A stretch of 64,000 bases of DNA from Sporopachydermia quercuum (lineage: Eukaryota): positions 1,240,001 to 1,304,000 of the forward strand of contig BCGN01000002.1 in assembly GCA_001599295.1 (NCBI GenBank), in the 5' to 3' direction. Positions 61,901 through 64,000 of this stretch are shown one piece after another (the first letter of the stretch is position 1; each line of letters opens with the position of its first letter). A model generated the notes under the pieces. The model had not been told where the DNA came from, made no database searches, and saw only the letters and a program-made list of their open reading frames with translations. The translations under genes were made by a program, and so were the position numbers.

Positions 61901-64000
61901 TTCCGACATTTTCCGGACCTCATCCACTTGTTCAAATCCACCGAGCATATCCATAGAATCGACTTCGGAATTCATAGGAAACTCTATTAATTCTTTTCCA
62001 ACAACGGAAGCTAAATACCGGACGATTCCGGTTTTGCCCGAATTGCTCGGTCCGACTAAAATCACGGGCCAATTAGCATTTATGCATGTGATTGTAGTTT
62101 CTAGCACGTGATTATTACACTGAAGATACCGAAACTTTCCAGAAAACCAGCTATCAGAAAATCTACTAGATCGGGTGATTATTTCTCTCCCTATTTGCAC
62201 TTGGGTTTGGGTAATTGAATAATAATAACTATCGGCTGGAATTTCCACATTAGGTATCACTTCCTGGAAGATCCGCTTAGCGTAAAGTCTATCCTGGTTA
62301 CTTCGGAACCTTAATTTGATAACCAGGCCGAAAAATTCCCCTAATAATCCTGATCTATTTCGACTGCGCCTCAAAGTGGCTCCGCTATATAGCTTCAGCC
62401 ATCTTAAAATATCTCTTAAATTAACTTCCCAGGGTCCACCTAACGATCCGAATTTACCCTTACCGAGTTCTTCGGATATTTTGGACACAAACCTAATCAA
62501 TCCCGAAATTTCCTCTTCGGGTATTTCTGGGAACACATATTTCCCAATTAGGTCCAAATCTTCCTGTTTAAGTGTCTCTACAAACACAACACTGAACCGA
62601 TTAACAAACGATTTTGGTAACCCTTTCCGACTTCCTCCTTGAGCTTGAGGATTCTGGGCGGCAAACACTCGGAACTTCGGATCACATCGGAATGTTCGAT
62701 CAAGTTCGGGTATATAAGCTTCCGCTCGATGATCCAAACACGCATTTAAACCTTCCAAAACCGGTTGAGACGCTAAATTCATCTCATCTAGTAAAACCCA
62801 TTGCCCAGATTGCATAGCTCGAAGAAACGGAGCGTCTTTCCAGACAAATTCTCCGGCAGATCCGTTTGGAGCGGGAGAGTCGGAACCAAAAAGGTCAATT
62901 AGATCGGTTTGTTCCGAAAGGTTAATTCGAATAAGGTTTTGGCCGGCCGCAGACGCTAAAGCCGAGATCAACGTTGTTTTACCCACTCCCGGGCTTCCTT
63001 CTAATAAGATCGGTTTCCGGGATTGCATGGCTCGGATGACTCGGAAGGCGTTCTGGGCAGTTGTCGGGGCATTAAGGTTGAAGTTTTGTTCTAGAGAACC
63101 ATCCGAAGTCAAGCGGGGAATACAGAAATAGCCGGTCCGGACATATTCAGAGGTTATTTCTACAGGGAAAACCTTCTGAATCTCCGATCGGAAATCAGTG
63201 ACGGCTAATTCTCCGAGTTTTCCAACACAAATTCTTTTTTCGGACATCAACCGAGGAGAATTCTCGGCTAAATAACCCGTTTGGTTCGTCCCTAAAGCGT
63301 CAATGAAAACCATAAGTGCTCCATGTAATAAAGATACTTTGGGCTCAATCGTTTCCGTTTCAGCTTCCGTTTCTTCTTCCGACACGGAGTTAATAAAATT
63401 CACCCAAGCTAAAATATCTCGCAACGAAACTACCCCGCTTCCTAAATTACCCCCGCCGTACCGGAAACCAAACCATTCGGAAAATTTAACTATGGGATCT
63501 GTCAAACAAATCACAGGCGGTTTCAACCGAGCGGACACAATCTCTGCAACATCCGAGCTATCCTCCATGCTCGGAACCCAAATCTCGGTAAATCTGTTCC
63601 GTAATGCTGGAGATAGTTCCTTTTTACCGTAATCTCCTCCGGGATTCATAGTAGCTAAGAACTGGAATTTAGGTTCCGAGGTTACAAATGCATCGACCGA
63701 TCCTTTTTCGGCTAATAATAAAGTTCGCTCTGGTTCCAGTACCGAATTCAACCTTTCAAGCACGGAATCCTCGGCTAAGGAGATCTCATCAAATAGGAAA
63801 TAGTCCCCGCTTTTCATGGCTTGTACTAATGGTCCGTCCGTCCATTGGAATAATTGGGTCAACTTCTTTCTGTTTTGGGAAATTCTTTCCGCTATGGGAA
63901 TAATTTCGGGATTAGTAAATAAGTTTCCATGGTCAGCCCGGAGTTGATCGTATTGGGCATTAAGGTTCTCCTGTGTATTATCAATCAGAAACTCTAATTC
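52946..64000 (-). CDS. MDN1: Midasin/Rea1 AAA ATPase, 5'-truncated by the window
   Basis: Frame is open to base 64000. AAA modules (LEGSPGVGKT, LLDEMNLA, GPSNSGKT), long linker, D/E-rich tail, and a MIDAS domain (DDSKSM, SDG, YLDTFPF). Confidence 0.97.
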   Translation of the reverse strand, partial: ELEFLIDNTQENLNAQYDQLRADHGNLFTNPEIIPIAERISQNRKKLTQLFQWTDGPLVQAMKSGDYFLFDEISLAEDSVLERLNSVLEPERTLLLAEKGSVDAFVTSEPKFQFLATMNPGGDYGKKELSPALRNRFTEIWVPSMEDSSDVAEIVSARLKPPVICLTDPIVKFSEWFGFRYGGGNLGSGVVSLRDILAWVNFINSVSEEETEAETETIEPKVSLLHGALMVFIDALGTNQTGYLAENSPRLMSEKRICVGKLGELAVTDFRSEIQKVFPVEITSEYVRTGYFCIPRLTSDGSLEQNFNLNAPTTAQNAFRVIRAMQSRKPILLEGSPGVGKTTLISALASAAGQNLIRINLSEQTDLIDLFGSDSPAPNGSAGEFVWKDAPFLRAMQSGQWVLLDEMNLASQPVLEGLNACLDHRAEAYIPELDRTFRCDPKFRVFAAQNPQAQGGSRKGLPKSFVNRFSVVFVETLKQEDLDLIGKYVFPEIPEEEISGLIRFVSKISEELGKGKFGSLGGPWEVNLRDILRWLKLYSGATLRRSRNRSGLLGEFFGLVIKLRFRSNQDRLYAKRIFQEVIPNVEIPADSYYYSITQTQVQIGREIITRSSRFSDSWFSGKFRYLQCNNHVLETTITCINANWPVILVGPSNSGKTGIVRYLASVVGKELIEFPMNSEVDSMDMLGGFEQVDEVRKMSELMHELWEKLRETFTENYTKMGLIESNLDLLRAIKFVRSVASVDRVQVAEFITKYASLSDKFPHLGDLLTELGNFTEPRSTKPEIKFEWFDGILLKAVETGNWLVLENANLCSASVLDRLNSLLEPNGTLMVNECSNSDGSPREVIPHPDFRLFLTVDAKYGELSRAMRNRGVEIFISELPGRVSEFDSIVLNNRCSASFIDVSESEASAGSVISDADLRELSEVGGHVLLENLPSKVMNRLDWVISSLALLPKEATRVKEIYQLSKNPLWVELSQNLISNIGTVVEKTGIDVNNECINPLINEYIISGLSSELNGSSFPLFGSGVLHVLIHVVYQLIRGSENLAEILSQCQDLKPETMNLIQLSAAVYSLRPLKNAPRIPVFELLGKLLTTATEFFRTTLKEGSILQNELIIRCLYSLLSIWESLLSHCEGKLGTAVPGLHVYDALISEFCRGFTTKGSTSENSLEITQFAQNISAIYSSFSKDLGLTSANSMMRIWNAYKGNYPKTLSGWETLETIVTLSARLDDLSRRQFPASFPTLLTIRSTLIGCGLAVKENGNDKTISEIVPIITGISEALIPLENATNKFLIPRMNRFVGSFQFVLRMSELTGNIGNNTEVLKLYAEDATEKGIFATGDFGTFASMWKLSDESYSSYTEELFTGKAVMDLFRSLQSMSAMPGEFVAQSVQDIRQLGFSISESSENISANMIDKFSDIIVEKLIDIFVVNSATGKDDADLAETMRRVAETMDGNKAEELIQIITNNGEDDEFIDVCKELLIPALLLVKRKDRIDSNRWERLGNVGKAFVLYGLGLLKLFVPKTCSDPAVFDHVLIDFYNGQKQLTEDIERAWREIRKVKFGSRMIPAEELIANNFVSDRRSLKLGNSEAVFRGSFGNDTSSANSSYSDMFRELSAVLHSTISVSNISEIVELAESHKSDIIERTETIQINASSFLNRVNTKFRRLSDVIDLITVYISSVKFGLDLLLLSERSRNSELSETAIAFSPIHLSDFHKVIHYPETSELCNEIFRSCRKISVESLLPEKLGIFGLSVLLLRSNKDPSYSDSNDLLHCLRLLYSRWSIRKARKDEVARLEGEMYKFSFSEQSEEEAELRRMFPDFEEEETGENNGNIITHGKGKESEEMEINFQIAKAYIYGMLNDSYSVPKLSDIVKQGSDLAVEWNEYNSRNKVSGSLFGKNYLQEVSSSIIVGITNTIGKYISIFADSSELNSSSEHPTLNFYRDSNPAELNYSIEIIEQTLVAIIPLREQWPEHATLQNIELACREFLTLQAEHPVARLLHKVQQIYTFVGEWQKYASKTVSLAGVFAGLSDLIIRWRKLELSVWPNLFSSEEEECRKKSGQWFFHLFEVLVANGIDKENCGDNGGNDAGEDIGMDIKTSVVKALTVFLSESTVGEFGPRLQLLSAFSRHLALIAEEAGSAFPLTQTLNNVIHFYRQFEPKIDAEILRNKRKLENDVREVVLLASWKDVNMEALKESARRSHHKLFKVARKYRAVLTASVTGIIEAGLSEATLDKVFNSEDGDIMEAVSGDIASSALENYSDEVETIREVSEIEPILSQCVKSWSEKPGRLRNPKIIIINMNKFISELELQELPNLMDLTSDVITQMEMLRNETPKVYKKEEKKVIANLKTQKRLFLSETLKELYRIGLKSRLVSEIMAEQSSVSEILGIMKAFPQNLSSDIDSYFLRLLEFIPRLRSSVINSSEDVPTTDVQRGMASAEHLVHLLIKSRISVCGIYHGISRLDSNLAQIGKLSENSEQGFGRVPDLDLVSRLKHVIVWLPNVLQLAEDTIAESGNFGKVNSELKSSISQFKHQANDYLIKLKSANILLQSEIITDEDIDYFRSVIGFISKMRSALVSGYIGNSIIAWINKVLPELEQNPVLASEKLRLGFSLISEQSRSEREAEIPEILNETLTKLSNSILVVFQQIRDAIKTDISSEIDSWVIISEQHLFSLEKCLHNEQINMLIEDSIGVIKKLSGDPGSCQAAALLFKFVAPLLAKYRKLVSVVFRKRCLQYKSTSKSAYLLGRCLLNLAEKGFCSPEPPADEKEAENATEGTGLGDGDGETNNSKDVGDDEDLSEYAEETNKEEKDKDQNEEEEDDAVEIEGDMAGKTENMSDAENKEDEDKDREDEEKDAEDLDEEIDDLNDLDPNAVDEKLWDEEAEDNLKEKSGDDMKNDRMQDDLEARPDEEDEGENGEDDKKKENGDDDKSEDKQEEISDAEAEEEEDVGVQEDKVQNEEKEEMEQNVPESEKLDLPEDLNLDGDAEEKEGDDEGEDIEEPEEIPGMKDADMMDEDEENEGKAEDISEEKEEGETVDDQDKEEDDAKTEAEKEEEQTGENDESNEKEDVNDGPEENPENAENTEMVPEDTETNEDPMEQDEEETEAVPAAADASTGIDENSHEDSEENSEETSKAKAKDQESGVEGTGTQHSANEERSDESXTGSVPDASEQASEKPETMQDPAREEVEKSLRQLGDALKEFYNRQQEIMEPSNGEDDQEMEDAGVKPDAFEHVDGTEDAETQALGDAEKDFHQEMDESKEIMEDKPETENEAGEDSLMDDLEALKQTEIDIDAEMELEAAAKENKEEDVSEDGQDQGGIIGPRLNEKDLDSVEKEAETANPNADIDTDVEVKIKSENEXSDVELDEPNIDSDSEAEENSELANSGEESAEDAALKLKMQIESVEKSHQLWQKCSWRTNELSTQLCEQLRLILEPTLTNKLRGDYKTGKRLNLKRIIPYIASQYRKDKIWLRRTRPSKREYQIMLAIDDSKSMAEARNVALTYDSVALVANALKQLEAGLISVVKFGKDVNQLIPFSEAVNAENGANILRNLTFTQPETNLNNLMEKTVSLFSDAKNNMSSSGTELWQLQIILSDGFCEDHEQLLRLVRKAREEKIMVIFIIIDGIGSRESITEMSQVRYLTRDDGSQALKIDKYLDTFPFDFYVIVKDVGELPNVLSLVLRQFFTETAAV

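Noticed and set aside
53124..63903. Many short or Ser/Phe-rich ORFs antisense to or overlapping MDN1 (e.g. 54987-55583)
   Set aside because: Shadows of the Asp/Glu-rich tail and codon bias, with no recognisable domains.
1..64000. Transposon ORFs, LTRs, tRNA, rRNA, CRISPR
   Set aside because: No gag/pol/transposase motifs, long direct repeats, cloverleafs or repeat-spacer arrays were seen by eye.

Overview
Eukaryotic, AT-rich nuclear DNA from an intron-rich budding yeast (Saccharomycotina). CTG appears to be read as Leu. The window holds about 23 protein-coding genes in largely ancestral yeast order: AGE1-like (partial), SPS1, SPS2/22, URC2, POF1, FPR2, EMC1, MGR1, an uncharacterised mitochondrial-type protein, HSP78, DCS1, SEC22, a class II aldolase, COX17, xylose reductase, YPL162C-like, MEU1, POM34-like, YIL108W-like, PFK26, a YMC-type carrier, MOB1, a PTC7-family phosphatase and MDN1 (partial). 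Eight genes are spliced and were rebuilt by hand; FPR2 and COX17 are missing from the ORF track. Three signals stand out. (1) The 2.4-kb MOB1-PTC7 gap has no credible ORF but shows extensive base-pairing and a 1.5-repeat template-like motif, making it a candidate telomerase or other long structured RNA. (2) CpG/CCG/CGG is strongly enriched in MDN1 and less so in PTC7. (3) Splice signals are degenerate mainly in the sporulation genes. All gene names come from recognising motifs and synteny, not from database searches.
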